The translations under genes and the position numbers were made by a program. The notes under the pieces are model-generated. The model was given only the letters and a program-made list of their open reading frames with translations, did no database searches and had not been told where the DNA came from. 64,000 nucleotides of DNA from Candidatus Binatia bacterium (GTDB taxonomy: Bacteria > Desulfobacterota > Binatia > Bin18): positions 64,001 to 128,000 of the forward strand of contig CAXXHG010000038.1 of assembly GCA_963666315.2 (NCBI GenBank), given 5' to 3'. Below are positions 41,901 through 50,231 of this stretch, piece after piece. The number at the start of each line of letters is the position of its first letter. Position 1 is the stretch's first letter.

Positions 41901-42551
41901 TTGCTGGACGTCCTCATTCCGCGACAGCTTATCCAACCGTGCAATCACAAAATTATTCTCCAGGAACCAATTGCCGGTGCGTGCGGCCTCAAACTTGTCG
42001 TTTGTCATGATCTCAAAGGGCAACTGAAACCGGCGGTACAGCTCGTCCTGCCATTGTTCGGCCAGACTCCCGGGGCAAACGACAAGGCACCGTTGGAGAT
42101 CGCCGCGGACGATTAGTTCCTTCATGAGCAACCCGGCCATGATCGTTTTGCCAGCGCCTGGATCGTCGGCCAGCAGAAAACGGAGCGGTTGACGCGGGAG
42201 CATCTCTTCATACACCGCCGTGATCTGGTGGGGGAGCGGATCGACCAGTGAGGTATGGACGGCGAGCACGGGATCAAACAGATGGGCCAGACGGATGCGG
42301 TACGCCTCAGAAACGAGCCGAAATGATCCACCGTCCCCGTCAAAACTCCACGGTCGGCCCTGTTCTACGACTTCGAGGCGCGGTTCGTCATGCCGGTAGA
42401 GGAGCTCGTTAGCGACACGGCCGGTTGGGGTCTTGTAGGTTAGTTCGAGCGCCTCAGAACCAAACCATTGGACGCTGGTGACCGCTACGAGGCTGTCGGG
42501 AAGGATACCCCGTACGGCGGCATTAGGCTGGAGGTCTTCGAGTTTACTCAT
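38991..42551 (-). CDS. SNF2 helicase with C-terminal DUF3883 (NOV_C) nuclease domain
   Basis: LADDPGAGKT, DEAH, TATPH, EQRFGRIHRIGQ, GYDIES..RFLEVKG motifs. Confidence 0.93.
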   Translation of the reverse strand: MSKLEDLQPNAAVRGILPDSLVAVTSVQWFGSEALELTYKTPTGRVANELLYRHDEPRLEVVEQGRPWSFDGDGGSFRLVSEAYRIRLAHLFDPVLAVHTSLVDPLPHQITAVYEEMLPRQPLRFLLADDPGAGKTIMAGLLMKELIVRGDLQRCLVVCPGSLAEQWQDELYRRFQLPFEIMTNDKFEAARTGNWFLENNFVIARLDKLSRNEDVQQKLQAPDCRWDLVVCDEAHKLSATFFGGEIKYTKRHKLGQLLGTLTRNFLLMTATPHNGKEEDFQLFLSLLDGDRFEGRFRDGVHQVDVSDLMRRMVKESLLTFDGTPLFPERLAHTVLYRLSDGEAQLYKQVTEYVREEFNRAEALQNDKRAGTVGFALTILQRRLASSPEAIYQSLRRRRERLEKRQRELQLLQRGATIEAIGVPTLDLEDVEDLDEAPDDEVHTVEEEILDQATAARTIDELKAEIAILGRLESLAATVRRSGEDRKWRELAGLLSAIFTPAALAQHVNRQTVSSDTADRLAPSPHQKLVIFTEHRDTLSYLTDRVRTALGREDAVVIIHGGRGREERLKAQESFRHDPEVQVLIATDAAGEGINLQRAHLMVNYDLPWNPNRLEQRFGRIHRIGQKEVCHLWNLVAQETREGDVYRTLLEKLDQARESLGGQVFDVLGKLQFDGRPLRELLIEAIRYGEQPEVKARLTQVITDAVDRKQLQDLLEERALAHDAMDASRVARVREDMERAEARRLQPHYIESFFLEAFKQLGGTLREREPRRYQVSHVPAPIRNRDRLIGVGEPVLQRYERIAFEKTLLSPQGQPLAAFVCPGHPLLDATLDLTLERHRDLLRRGTVLVDERDPGMAPRVLFYLEHAIQDASSTQSGERRTISRQLLYVEIDQDGEAHHLHYAPYLDYRPLQRDEPSVDELLSRPECAWIARDLEQKATVHAIAHVVPEHLQEVRERRTGWIKKTRVSVKDRLTKEIGYWDHRAADLRLQEQAGKTNARLNSQESSRRADDLQARLQKRMEQLDLEGQISALPPVVLGGMAVVPIGLVAHMTGQRTPAHPTNTQASGARARAIIMDTERQLGFEPVDREYEKLGYDIESRDPTTGRLRFLEVKGRDSSAATITVTKNEILYSLNKPDHFILAIVEFLPGDEHRVHYVRHPFQREPDFGATSVNYRFATLLDRAEQPS

Positions 42552-43074
42552 TGGGTATTACAGTAGCCCTATGAAGTGGAGTGGGAATTGTCTGAATCGA
42601 ACTCCTTGACGGGCTATCAAATCCGGTCGGAGAATAGAACCTCCAAACCAATTGATTTGTTCGGGGCGATTGTGTGCGGTGCCCGACTATCCCCAGTTTT
42701 CGAATTCTGGGGGTTTTGTGCATCGTTGCCATAAGGTAACATAAAGGACGTTATGCTCTATTAAACAACGGGGGATGAAGAGGCGGAAAATGTCACAACA
42801 ATTAGTGCCTGTGAAGGCGCAGAGCTCGCGCGTGGATGGGTCAAATTAAACAAACTGGGTAAAAGTTTCATAGAACCGTCCCATTAACTGACAGGGAGTT
42901 GAGTTTGTGGGAGCATGTTTTCTGAGATAGCCAGATGAGATAGATTTTTCGGATTCCCCCCCCCATCACGCTCTCCAAACCGTCTTAAAAAATCATCCTT
43001 CGTTGATACGCGCCGAACCCTTTTGTTGTCCCCTCAGAGATGGTGAGGCGGTGACTAAAAGGAGGACACTCGCT

Positions 43075-43265
43075 ATGCCTGTCTCGATTCCCTTTACGGG
43101 TGGGTGCGCGTGTGGCGCGATTCGGTATGAATGTTCGGCTGATCCGATGATGTCTCTCAATTGTCACTGTCGTGACTGCCAACGCGCCACGGGTAGCGCA
43201 TACAATACCGTAGTTGGTGTGCCTGCTGCCAGGGTGCAATTCACACAAGGGGTCCCCAATATTAT
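43075..43265 (+). pseudogene. GFA/CENP-V family N-terminal fragment
   Basis: AGGAGG RBS; GGCACGAIRY...CHCRDCQRATG; C-terminal FC..CG missing. Confidence 0.75.
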
Positions 43266-43428
43266 GAGACGACTGGGGAGCGAGGGACATTGCTCTATTG
43301 CCGTCCCAGCGCGGAACTCTTTATCATACTGGCCTAGGGGAAAGTGGACCACTATACCACGGCCCGTGAAAGCCAGTTCTTTCCGCTACCAGGTGTGCTC
43401 TGTGGATACCGAGCAATACGACCCAAAA

Positions 43429-43458
43429 GGATTTTGAGTCCACTGCGTCTACCAATTC
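43429..43458 (-). tRNA. tRNA-Leu(CAA) fragment (D arm to anticodon arm)
   Basis: GAATTGGTAGACGCAGTGGACTCAAAATCC. Confidence 0.7.
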
Positions 43459-43585
43459 TGGCTTCTTAGGGCAGAGGAGAGAGTTTCGGGTGAACTTCCT
43501 CTGAAGGCATGATCGTCTATCCGATTTTGCTGACTCTATGCTGACTCACTCCGTCACAAGCTCGTCTCACGTAACATGGCTAAAG

Positions 43586-43612
43586 AAAAACCCCCTGCAA
43601 ACACAGGGGGTT
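43586..43612 (-). terminator. Rho-independent terminator downstream of the tRNA-Thr fragment
   Basis: AACCCCCTG / CAGGGGGTT stem with a T-run on the minus strand. Confidence 0.65.
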
Positions 43613-43619
43613 AAAGAAG

Positions 43620-43662
43620 GCCACCCATCGGAGTCGAACCGACGACCTACTGATTACGAATC
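43620..43662 (-). tRNA. tRNA-Thr(CGT) 3' half only
   Basis: GATTCGTAATCAGTAGGTCGTCGGTTCGACTCCGATGGGTGGC. Confidence 0.8.
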
Positions 43663-43717
43663 GCTAGTCCTAAACACGCTCGCCCGCCGATTAGGGTCTA
43701 GCACTTGGTCCATAGCC

Positions 43718-44272
43718 TTATTTTTTTCTAGTTTTTCCCGTCGAGAAATACCCCTTGAGCCACGCCCATGACAGGCCTCCCACGACACCTGCAACAAGGC
43801 CCGCAATCATCGAACTACTGAGCCCAGCCGTGCGTTGTAGCTGGCTTGTCGTTACGCGTTCGACGGCCTGACGGTGATCTTGTTCGATCCAGTCTTGTAC
43901 CCGTTTTACCAATGGCCCAATAGGGATCTCGTGATCTCGGAGCATGTCGATTAAGGCCGCCGCACCAAACCGGCCGACGAAATGTCTACGCGTCGGGTCG
44001 TTTTCGAGTATGTGGCGAAGCGCCTCGACTTTGTCGCCATGTGGCCCGTCGTGGAGACCGTAGAGGTAGTTCAGCACCAAGAGCAGCGCCCCGGTTGGTC
44101 CTCCGACAGCTACATTATACTGCTCGCGACGCGCAATCGTTGCCTGGGCTTCCGAGGTCAACTCGGCAAACGGCCCCAGCTGAAGTCCTAACCAACGACG
44201 GATCAGCTTCAACTGTCGCCCGGTGAGAGGGGATTCACTCGCATGCTGTGCGGTGGGCATGTCGCTATTCAT
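43718..44272 (-). CDS. XRE-type HTH protein with C-terminal hydrophobic helix
   Basis: LKLIRRWLGLQLGPFAEL..AQATIARRE; C-terminal MIAGLVAGVVGGLSWAWL. Confidence 0.65.
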   Translation of the reverse strand: MNSDMPTAQHASESPLTGRQLKLIRRWLGLQLGPFAELTSEAQATIARREQYNVAVGGPTGALLLVLNYLYGLHDGPHGDKVEALRHILENDPTRRHFVGRFGAAALIDMLRDHEIPIGPLVKRVQDWIEQDHRQAVERVTTSQLQRTAGLSSSMIAGLVAGVVGGLSWAWLKGYFSTGKTRKK

Positions 44273-44368
44273 ACCACAGAAAGGGGGAATCGTCTGGTAT
44301 CATCGTATGATAACTATTGTTATATATTATTGATCGATCTCAAGCCACCTGAACAAGGGAGTTCATTC

Positions 44369-45501
44369 ATGGGCGTCAAAGTCCGCCAGAAGAATGGTAA
44401 GTGGTGGGTCTTCATCGACCACCACGGCAAACGCAAGGCCAAGTGTGTTGGGGAGAAGCGAACAGCTCAACACGTCGCGGAGCAGCTCCGGGCGAAACTC
44501 GCGCTGGGTGAGTTTGAGATTGCGGATGAGCAGGATCGAAGGCCCTTTGCTGACGTCTTTCGGCACTGGCTCGATACCTACCCCAGGCGCACTGCAAAGC
44601 CTCTACCATCGCCGGTTATGAGACGGCCTTCCGGGTCTATCTGTGTCCTCGTTTTGGCGAGAAGGAAATCACAGACGTCACCCGAGAAGACGTCAAGACC
44701 CTTGCCTATGAGATGTTAGCGCAGGGCAAAAGCCGCAGTTACGTCAAAGCCACTCTCGCCCCCCTCTCTGAGATGTTCAATCATGCGATTGAGGACGGGC
44801 ATCTTACTGCTAATCCGGCCCTGCGTATCTTACGGCGTAGCCGAGCAGAAGAGGGCAGACAAATCGCCACCTTTCTGACTCGAGGCGATCTCGGGCATTT
44901 TCTGGATACCTGTCGTGAACACTTTCCACAGCACTATGCCTTCGTCCTGCTCCTGGCGCGAACCGGGCTGCGCATTGGGGAAGCGGTGGCTGTGCAGTGG
45001 GGTGCTTTGGACTTTCATAATCGCTTCATCGATGTACGTCTGAACTGGGTCGATGGGGTGCTGACTTCTCCGAAACCGGGGCGACAGCGGCATGTCGATA
45101 TGTCCAAGATGTTGACCAAGAGGTTGCAGGCCTTCCAGATCGAACGGAAGAAAGAAACCTTGCAAAGAGGGTGGGGCGAGGTGCCGGCCTGGGTTTTCAC
45201 CAGTCGCACCGGGACCATGATGGACCCGGACAATTTTCGCGCCCGCGTGTGGCCAAAACTGCTGGCCAAAGCCGGTATCCGACAAATCCGTATCCATGAT
45301 CTGCGCCACACGTATGGGTCGTTGCTGATCGCGCAAGGGGAGTCCTTAGTGTATGTGAAAGAGCAGATGGGGCATCACAGTATTCGGGTCACCGTTGACA
45401 CCTATGGACACCTGGCTCCAGGCGGCAACAAAGCGGCCGCAGATCGGCTCGATGAGCCTGAAGAGCCCGCAACCAACCGCAACCTATCCGCAACCAAGTA
45501 A
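44369..45501 (+). CDS. Tyrosine recombinase/integrase, one-base frameshift near 44581-44584
   Basis: Arm-binding N-terminus MGVKVRQKNGKWWV; RTGLRIGE, HDLRHT, MGHHS, TYGH catalytic motifs; adding 1 nt restores 377 aa. Confidence 0.9.
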
Positions 45502-45539
45502 AGAAACAAAGTTTCCAAAAAGCGCTAAGTCCTTGATTT

Positions 45540-46077
45540 AAAAGTGGAGCCGATGAGAATTGAACTCACGACCTCTAGAGTGCGATTGCAGCGGTACCAA
45601 GATCACCGAGTGTGACTGAGCATGAGGGAGAGATATGGAGGAGATCAAGAACCTCTGATTTGCTAGGAGGTTATGTCCTCTCTCCTATCACTGAGTGCTA
45701 TCCAGGATGATTAAGGTCTACGTCGTGTACTGGCAGCAAATACGGCAGCAACGGTACTTGAGTGGCAGCAAAAGTGGCAGCAAAAATACCGGCTTTTCTT
45801 TAGCCTTTCGGCTCGTGTAATCACTCCGACCCACCCGTCACCTTACGGTCGCCTTTCTTGGTGGGGCCAGGACTCACTCGCTCAATGAAACGGGACAAGA
45901 CAATTTTCCTCCCCCCTGCCGGAACACGGCTTACGCGCTGCTGGGCAGATGAACAGACACCGATTCAGCGAGGGCCTTAGTATAAGTCAAGCCGGGATCG
46001 TGCTGCACAGGCCAAATATGGCGGTCAGTCCATACGAGCTGGTGAAGCTGTTCAGGAGGGCGCTCGGGGGTAAAGCC
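45540..46077 (+). repeat. About 540-bp direct repeat copy 2
   Basis: Near-identical to 22279-22819. Confidence 0.95.
45544..45587 (-). tRNA. tRNA-Ala(CGC) 3' half only (second att copy)
   Basis: Identical to 22283-22326. Confidence 0.85.
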
Positions 46078-46130
46078 GTAGTGGGGGAGGTTACCGTCAA
46101 AGATCGTCATTCAAGAGGGGAGCGCGGGGT

Positions 46131-46472
46131 ATGAGTGGCGTTCAACCCGATGGCCCGAAGCCAAACCCCTTTGCAGCGCTACCGCGCTGTGATGCTAAAA
46201 CCCGAGCGGGCCATCCCTGCCGGCAACCCGCCGCCCGTAAAGGCCGATGTCATTGGCACGGTGGTTCGCGCCTATCAGGAGCACCCAAGGGCAACAAGAA
46301 TCGTTGGGTGCAGGGGCAACGGTCGAGGGCGGCCATAGCGGAGCGGAAGCGCGTTCATCCTTTGCCGAGCTGTTGTTGTCACTCCCTTTTTCTGCTCTTA
46401 TTTCCTCAGTCGGCTAAGGGGATTCCGGTTAGCGTCACCGTAAAGATGCTGAGTCGCGCTGCTCGGAGATAG
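46131..46472 (+). CDS. HGGxSTG-domain protein (probably 3'-truncated)
   Basis: CDAKTRAGHPCRQPA..KGRCHWHGG..SGAPKGNKN. Confidence 0.75.
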   Translation: MSGVQPDGPKPNPFAALPRCDAKTRAGHPCRQPAARKGRCHWHGGSRLSGAPKGNKNRWVQGQRSRAAIAERKRVHPLPSCCCHSLFLLLFPQSAKGIPVSVTVKMLSRAARR

Positions 46473-46480
46473 TTCAAGCC

Positions 46481-47191
46481 ATGAAGACCAAAGGCTGCGC
46501 ACATGATCATGGCCACTTCTACGAATTGTTGAGCATCCTTGAGCAGCGTCTGGACGGTCCACGAAGCCTCTCGCGCTCCTCGGGTCGAATGAATTGGCCG
46601 CAGCGAGGCGTCTATTTTTTCAGGGAGGGAGGCGAAGGTCGCACGGACACTGGACTTGGTCCACGTATTGTACGTGTGGGAACGCACGCACTAAAGGCGG
46701 GCGCGGGGACGAAGCTGTGGACACGGTTATCACAACACAAGGGACAAGTGCGTAGCGGCGGCGGAAACCACCGGGGATCGATCTTTAGGCTCATAGTGGG
46801 CGCGGCGTTGATAGAACGGGATCGCCTTGATTATCCAACTTGGGGTCAGGGGAATTCAGCGCCACGCGAAGTACGGAATGGAGAGCAGAATCTGGAGAGA
46901 ACAGTCAGCGAAGTGATCGGCAAAATGCCGTTCCTTTGGTTGGCCGTAGAAGACGAACCTGGACCAGACAGCCAGCGCGGCTATATCGAACGCAACGCGA
47001 TTGCGCTGTTGAGCAACTTCACCAAAGACGCGCTTGACCCACCATCTCCAAATTGGCTCGGCCATTTCTGTAATCGGCAACGCGTTCGGGCATCAGGTCT
47101 GTGGAACTCGAACCACGTCGATGAGCCATACGATCCGACGTTTCTGAATAGGATGGAAGAGCTGGTTGACCAACTGGAGGAAACAGCATGA
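46481..47191 (+). CDS. GIY-YIG-like nuclease
   Basis: RGVYFF...IVRVGT...LWTRLSQH...SIFR...YIERNAI pattern. Confidence 0.7.
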   Translation: MKTKGCAHDHGHFYELLSILEQRLDGPRSLSRSSGRMNWPQRGVYFFREGGEGRTDTGLGPRIVRVGTHALKAGAGTKLWTRLSQHKGQVRSGGGNHRGSIFRLIVGAALIERDRLDYPTWGQGNSAPREVRNGEQNLERTVSEVIGKMPFLWLAVEDEPGPDSQRGYIERNAIALLSNFTKDALDPPSPNWLGHFCNRQRVRASGLWNSNHVDEPYDPTFLNRMEELVDQLEETA

Positions 47192-47844
47192 TCGTCATCA
47201 TTCAGTGCGCTGGGAGTAAGAAGCCCGAGGCTGGCCATCTTCGGCGGCGAGATGGACGGAACGTGTTATTCGTCGCTGATCCCAAGACTGCGCCAGCAGA
47301 TGGGCCATATGTGTATGCCCGCCCTGACGATGTCAGCGATACGGGCCGCTCATGGAGAGAGGAACTGTGCAGGTATAACGTTGCGCCTGGCAAAAACTCC
47401 CTACAACTCCTGCCAGCGTGGCAGCTCTATAAAGAAAGAACGTATGCGCTGCTCAAGGAGCGGTACGGCCTAGATCGGTTATATATCCTTTCTGCGGGTT
47501 GGGGATTGATTGCGGCAGATTTTCTGACGCCAGCTTACAACATCACATTTAGCGGCCCTAATGGGTACCAGCGAAGAAGCAGCAAGGAGTACTACGCTGA
47601 CCTGTGCATGCTGCCTGACGAGATTGATGAGCCAATTGTTTTCCTGGGTGGTAAGAAGTATGTGGACCTGTTTTGCAAGCTGACCGAGCGCGTCATGGGA
47701 CCGAGGTATCTGTTCTATAAAGCACCAAATGCTCCCGTCGTGCCCGGTTGCATGCTTAAAGGGTTCGAAACCACACGACGAACGAACTGGTACTATGGAT
47801 GTGCTAAAGCTCTCGTCGAAGGCAAGATTGGGATAGGCGAATGA
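47188..47844 (+). CDS. DUF6884/YaaA-like protein
   Basis: IIQCAGSK, PAWQLY, LYILSAGWGLI, AYNITF; ATGA-coupled to the nuclease. Confidence 0.7.
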   Translation: MIVIIQCAGSKKPEAGHLRRRDGRNVLFVADPKTAPADGPYVYARPDDVSDTGRSWREELCRYNVAPGKNSLQLLPAWQLYKERTYALLKERYGLDRLYILSAGWGLIAADFLTPAYNITFSGPNGYQRRSSKEYYADLCMLPDEIDEPIVFLGGKKYVDLFCKLTERVMGPRYLFYKAPNAPVVPGCMLKGFETTRRTNWYYGCAKALVEGKIGIGE

Positions 47845-47849
47845 TTTGA

Positions 47850-48395
47850 CTACTGGGTTCTGCGAGAGAGCTGTTCTTGGATAATCGATGCTTGTCTTTC
47901 CGCATCCACTCCTTCCTCCTCGAGCCCCTCGCTGTAATAAAGTGCCGCAAGGTTATGAAATCGAAGAGCCATTTCTTGATTGTATACTCCTACTGCCTCT
48001 TTCCAGATCGCTACGGACCGTTTGAAACAGTGTTCCGCCTCGGAGAATCGGCTGAGTTGTGTATACAGGAGCGCGAGGTTATTGAGGTCGGTGGAGAGAC
48101 ACGTCTGGGGGTCCCCAGGCGAAATCCGAAGTCGATTAGGCTGAGGGGACGGTGCTGGCTGTGAAAGCTGCTCGCCCGTTTCGATGGCCCGCTGAAATAA
48201 AGGCTCAGCCGCTTCATCCTTCCCTTGAAGCCGATAAATCTCTGCGAGGCTGCCAAGGCTGATGGCTAAACGTAGATGTGGCCTGCCGACGGATTCTGCT
48301 TTCTGGAGAGCTATTTTGTGCATCTGCTCTGCCTCGTCGTAGTCGCCGCGCTTTTGAGCCTGATAACCGGCGTGGTTATACGTTTTCCATGACAT
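47850..48395 (-). CDS. Tetratricopeptide-repeat protein
   Basis: LAEIYRLQGK.EAAEPLFQRAI and LNNLALLY..EAE..FKRS repeats. Confidence 0.85.
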   Translation of the reverse strand: MSWKTYNHAGYQAQKRGDYDEAEQMHKIALQKAESVGRPHLRLAISLGSLAEIYRLQGKDEAAEPLFQRAIETGEQLSQPAPSPQPNRLRISPGDPQTCLSTDLNNLALLYTQLSRFSEAEHCFKRSVAIWKEAVGVYNQEMALRFHNLAALYYSEGLEEEGVDAERQASIIQEQLSRRTQ

Positions 48396-48667
48396 AGCAT
48401 CTCGCTCCTACTCCGTTAGTGCCTGCTATCGAAACCACCTGGCGCTCATCATTACAGGTGTCGACTTCCTCGTCCAACATTAGCATCTCGAAACGCCAAC
48501 AATGCAAACTACGCACATGACCCCTAATATTCGTGATCTCAACAGGGCGGGTCAGACTAACTTTTTCGGGATTCGATGATGTAGGCTATTGTACTAGGAG
48601 GGGATTCAATCGATAGTGCTACTTAGGACGCGACGAGCGACTGGCGATAATCACAGAGCGAACTGAA

Positions 48668-49699
48668 ATGATTCCCGTATTCCTCACAACCTGCTCAAAA
48701 AGCAAGGTGGGCGTGGGGTCGTCATACCGCGATTGGCACACCGGAGTAACTGTACCAAACAAGATTCTCAAGGCCAGGAATAGTCTGTATGAGGTATTAA
48801 GACAGCGCGAGTTGCGGAGCCTCAGGGAGGCTGTTCGAGGGCTTGATTTTGTCAAGGATAGCTCAATGGGTGGGGCATATTTGCCGGCACATGTTCGGTA
48901 TGCCCGCGGGCAGTTTATGACATCCCTGGAAAGAGAGCTTCAAGAAACCCTCAACCTTTGGTTCGGTGCGAATCGGCTTTTTTTCCTCTCCGGTCTTTAT
49001 GGGATTGTGAGCGCGTTGGAGCCAATTCAGAACTATGATGTCGAGTTGGCGGGCAGGGCGGCGGTTCATTGGAACGAGAATCGAAACGCCTTGACTGATT
49101 ACCTTCTGGGATTGCTCGAAACGGGCTCGGTATTGCTGGACTGCTGCGGGGATGCGCGCTACTCCGATCTTGTGGACTGGAAGAAGATCGAAGAGAGTGG
49201 CTTTCCAGTCTTGCATGCAACCGATAGACAACGCGAAGGCGCGCAAGTGCGCGCAGAGGCAGGATTTCTCGCGGCCAACATCAATGAAGAACGTCTTAAG
49301 AGAATGAGAGATGGTGAAAAGTTTCCAGGGATAAATGCCGACATCAAGTTTATCAGCCACAAGGACTTCCGCCAGCTTCCTACTGATACTTCTGGGCATC
49401 TTCCTCTGGTGGGCGTAGTTGAGACGGGTGAAGATGAGTTCTGTGACGTCATTAAGGAGGCCGCACGTCAGCGATGGGACGAGCATTTTAGATTCGAAAA
49501 AATTTTAGCATTTGAAAAGCTTAAACGTTCCTTCAAAGATGGGGTGAGTCAGTGCATCTGTATCATCCCCAAAAAAGGCCACGCGTACCTAGTTCAATGG
49601 TGTAAAGGGAGCCAGATTGAGGATGTTTTTGGCGGTGAGCTACTCAAGGTTCACTCCCCTCATGAACTTACCGTGAAGGAAAGACTAAGCCGTCGATAA
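48668..49699 (+). CDS. YaaA (DUF328)-like protein with C-terminal extension
   Basis: TTCSKSK, LPAHVRY..G.F, LFFLSGLYGIV..EPIQNYD motifs. Confidence 0.75.
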   Translation: MIPVFLTTCSKSKVGVGSSYRDWHTGVTVPNKILKARNSLYEVLRQRELRSLREAVRGLDFVKDSSMGGAYLPAHVRYARGQFMTSLERELQETLNLWFGANRLFFLSGLYGIVSALEPIQNYDVELAGRAAVHWNENRNALTDYLLGLLETGSVLLDCCGDARYSDLVDWKKIEESGFPVLHATDRQREGAQVRAEAGFLAANINEERLKRMRDGEKFPGINADIKFISHKDFRQLPTDTSGHLPLVGVVETGEDEFCDVIKEAARQRWDEHFRFEKILAFEKLKRSFKDGVSQCICIIPKKGHAYLVQWCKGSQIEDVFGGELLKVHSPHELTVKERLSRR

Positions 49700-50231
49700 T
49701 CTCACTCTCACTGGTTTCCCCTCAAGAAATTACATCGCGCGAGCTGAATACGAAATCATTTCGCTGGTTTGGTCCACTCATTCTGGGAGCGCTCCCTGAA
49801 ACTCAGTCGCGCGTCTCCTGGTTGGATCGTAGAGTTTCCCTTTCGCTGAAGCGTCCCACTGTGTGCTCTGCATTTTTATCGAGGGGCAGAGGGAAGATGG
49901 ACACTAGCTGAGCCTCACCTCCTATAACGGTGAGACTCTTTCCTCGCCTTGTCAGCGAATGTTTCGGATTAGGAAAGCTATCATTTCGTACTTTCCGCCA
50001 CAATTTGGAAAATGATATTGCGGACAGGAAAATGTACATGCTGACTTCTGCGACCACCCGGGATTAACTTTTCCCATCACAGAAAGGCCTCCACAGGCCC
50101 GCATGTTCGCATTTGCGTCTGTAACTAGGTACTGGGCTTTGGTCACAGCTAATCTTTGACGAGTGAAAGGGGGATACCTATGGCTAGGTTTGCTTTGTCT
50201 ATGCTTTCTGGATTCATTGGTGGTGTGATTG

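Larger units (their letters stand above)
22283..45587. mobile_element. Integrative genomic (defence) island 1 at tRNA-Ala
   Basis: Bounded by identical tRNA-Ala 3' halves 23,261 bp apart; tyrosine integrase abuts the right copy. Confidence 0.8.
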
